Source: Prasinococcaceae sp. CCMP 1430
Taxonomy: Eukaryota; Plantae; Prasinodermophyta
Assembly (NCBI GenBank): GCA_013416795.1
Contig: RQSC01000017.1
Coordinates: forward strand, 41,576 to 105,575
DNA: 64,000 nucleotides
Reading direction: 5' to 3'
Shown: piece after piece, positions 62,540 to 64,000 of the stretch
How the letters are laid out: every line of letters begins with the position of its first letter
How positions within the stretch are numbered: the stretch's first letter is position 1
Made by a program: the position numbers and the translations under genes
The notes under the pieces: generated by a model
Database searches by the model: none
The model's input: only the letters and a program-made list of their open reading frames with translations
Told to the model about the DNA's origin: nothing

Positions 62540-64000
62540 TCACGCGCCGCCGGCCTCGAGCGAGTCATGTCGCCTTGCCACGTACACGGCGATGGCCCCA
62601 GGCCGCTCGCGCTCAATGCCGAAGTGCGCGTTGAACACGCTCGCGCGACGTTCGTAGCCTGCGAGGCTCAGCCACGGCCGCACATTGGCCTCGACGATGT
62701 CTGGCACCACAAACGCCGAGGGCAGGGGCTTCCTGGGGTGCCAAAGTACCCTCGCGAGCCAGCTCGCCGGCGCGGCACCGTACTGCCCGGGCACATGTGG
62801 GCGTCGTCGCGGGGTCAGCGCCAGGACGCGACAACAGCGCAGGCGCGACAAAGCAGTCGTCGCGCTCAAAGGGCGTCCACGTAGGATGCGCAGCTCGCGG
62901 ACGCGCGCGGGTGGGCTCCTCCGTCCATCCCGTCTCTCGCACCTCGTTCTCCATGTAGCGCTCCGGCGCCTCGAAGAATCGGTCGTCCTCGTGCGGCCTT
63001 GCGCTCGTGGGCGCGCAGTCCAGCACCCTCCATGCCACGCCCTCTGCGTGCACGTGGGCCAGCCCGGGGGATGAGTAACATGCCGTCAGAAAGTGCACGC
63101 CCCCCGGTAGCTCGCCGGCGTGCGCCATAGGTGCGAGTACGTCGGTCACCACGCGCGTCTGTCCCGACTGGTGCACGCTACCAAGGTACAGCGCCAGCGC
63201 GGCATTGGACAGCGCCACCGCTGCGACCATCGACGACAGCGCACGCCCACCCCGGGCGCGCGCCACCGACTCCATGCCGACCCCTGCGAGCACGCAGAGC
63301 GCAGGCATGAGGGGCTGTACGAAGCGCACCTCCTTGTGCGCGCACAGCGAGAGCGCGGCGAGTGGGGCGAACACCAGCGCAAGTAGCCGACGGCGCGCGC
63401 GCAGGGGGCACGCGCGCACGCCGGCCGCCGCGAGCGGCGCCAATGTGAAGAGGGCCTGCGGCAGCCCCGATGTGGCGTACCAGTGCCAGCCGTGCGTGCC
63501 GAAGGCGCTGGCGCCGCCCGAGAGCAGGTTGAAGCGCACGAAGGCCAGCGGCGCGAAGCACGGGAAGCGGCCGTACAATGCGCTGTCGAGCGCGACCAGC
63601 ACGCACGCAGTCACGAGCGCGGCCGCGCACGCGTCTTGCACCGCACGTGCGCGCTGGCCGCGTAAAGACGTCAAGTAGGCAACCCACGCCGGGAGCACCG
63701 CCACCGCAGCCGTCGGCCGCACCGCGCAGGCCACCGCTGCGAACGCGAGCCCCTGCGCGTGCCGGCGCGTGGCGAACGACGCAGCCGCGAGCGCGCACAG
63801 TGGCGCCTCGGCCGACCCGGCGAGCGAGCGCGAGCCTGCGTACGCCTGCATCCACGACAGGAGACTCGCAAGCGTTGCAAGGTCACCCGCGATGCACTTC
63901 GCACCGCCACCGAGGTGCGCATCCGCCAGCGCGCCTGCGGCGACGTCGCTGGCAGCTGCAGCCCCGGCGAACAGCAGCCGCGGTGCGAGGCGCACCACCA
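62540..64000 (-). CDS. PIGB: GPI mannosyltransferase 3 (PIG-B, GT22); 5' end outside window; intron 62942-62783
   Basis: VRPTA, LDSALYG..F.RFN..G.SAFGTHGWHWY, HKEVRFVQPL, HQSG, FLTACYSSP..H..LDC.P..EDDRFF. Confidence 0.88.

Noticed and set aside
5654-62942. Introner-type repeated introns
   Set aside because: The roughly 25 introns inspected share only donor, branch and acceptor motifs and CG runs; no extended mutual similarity seen by eye.

Overview
64 kb of a very GC-rich, gene-dense eukaryotic nuclear genome with short GT(GCG)...CTGAC...(CG)CAG introns. It has three N-runs (8788-8949, 55339-55894, 60178-60335) and three single-n joins (10587, 34762, 53904). Plant-type H2B ([18 protein letters not shown]), H2A.X ending SQEF, and DOMINO1-like, Expp1-like, VGT-like and PRORP genes point to an early-diverging green alga (prasinophyte/Prasinoderma-like; inference). 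About 30 protein genes can be supported; most other long ORFs in the track are GC-driven shadow ORFs. Housekeeping genes: mitochondrial EF-G, RNase H2B, Asterix, TAF12, sugar porter, cytochrome c peroxidase, TruB, CHERP-like, LSD1-like, RFC5, PRORP, DUF3223, CFAP47, MnmE, CPBP protease, Mpo1-like, H2A.X/H2B, fructosamine kinase, PIG-B. The most unusual items are: (i) an F-box protein built on a USP7/UBP12-like MATH+UBL scaffold with no protease domain; (ii) a complete bacterial-type NAD+-dependent DNA ligase; (iii) a Rap1/TERF2IP-like Myb protein, plus TAACCCTA telomere-type boxes upstream of several genes; (iv) a signal-peptide WW-repeat protein ending HPDL; (v) an H2A.X-H2B divergent pair with a histone 3' stem-loop; (vi) a large wHTH/CorA-like membrane protein; (vii) orphan coding fragments (LPMO-like, SLATT-like) at single-n joins, probably assembly chimeras. 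No rRNA, tRNA, CRISPR array or transposon was recognised. All family assignments come from motif recognition and recall, not database searches.
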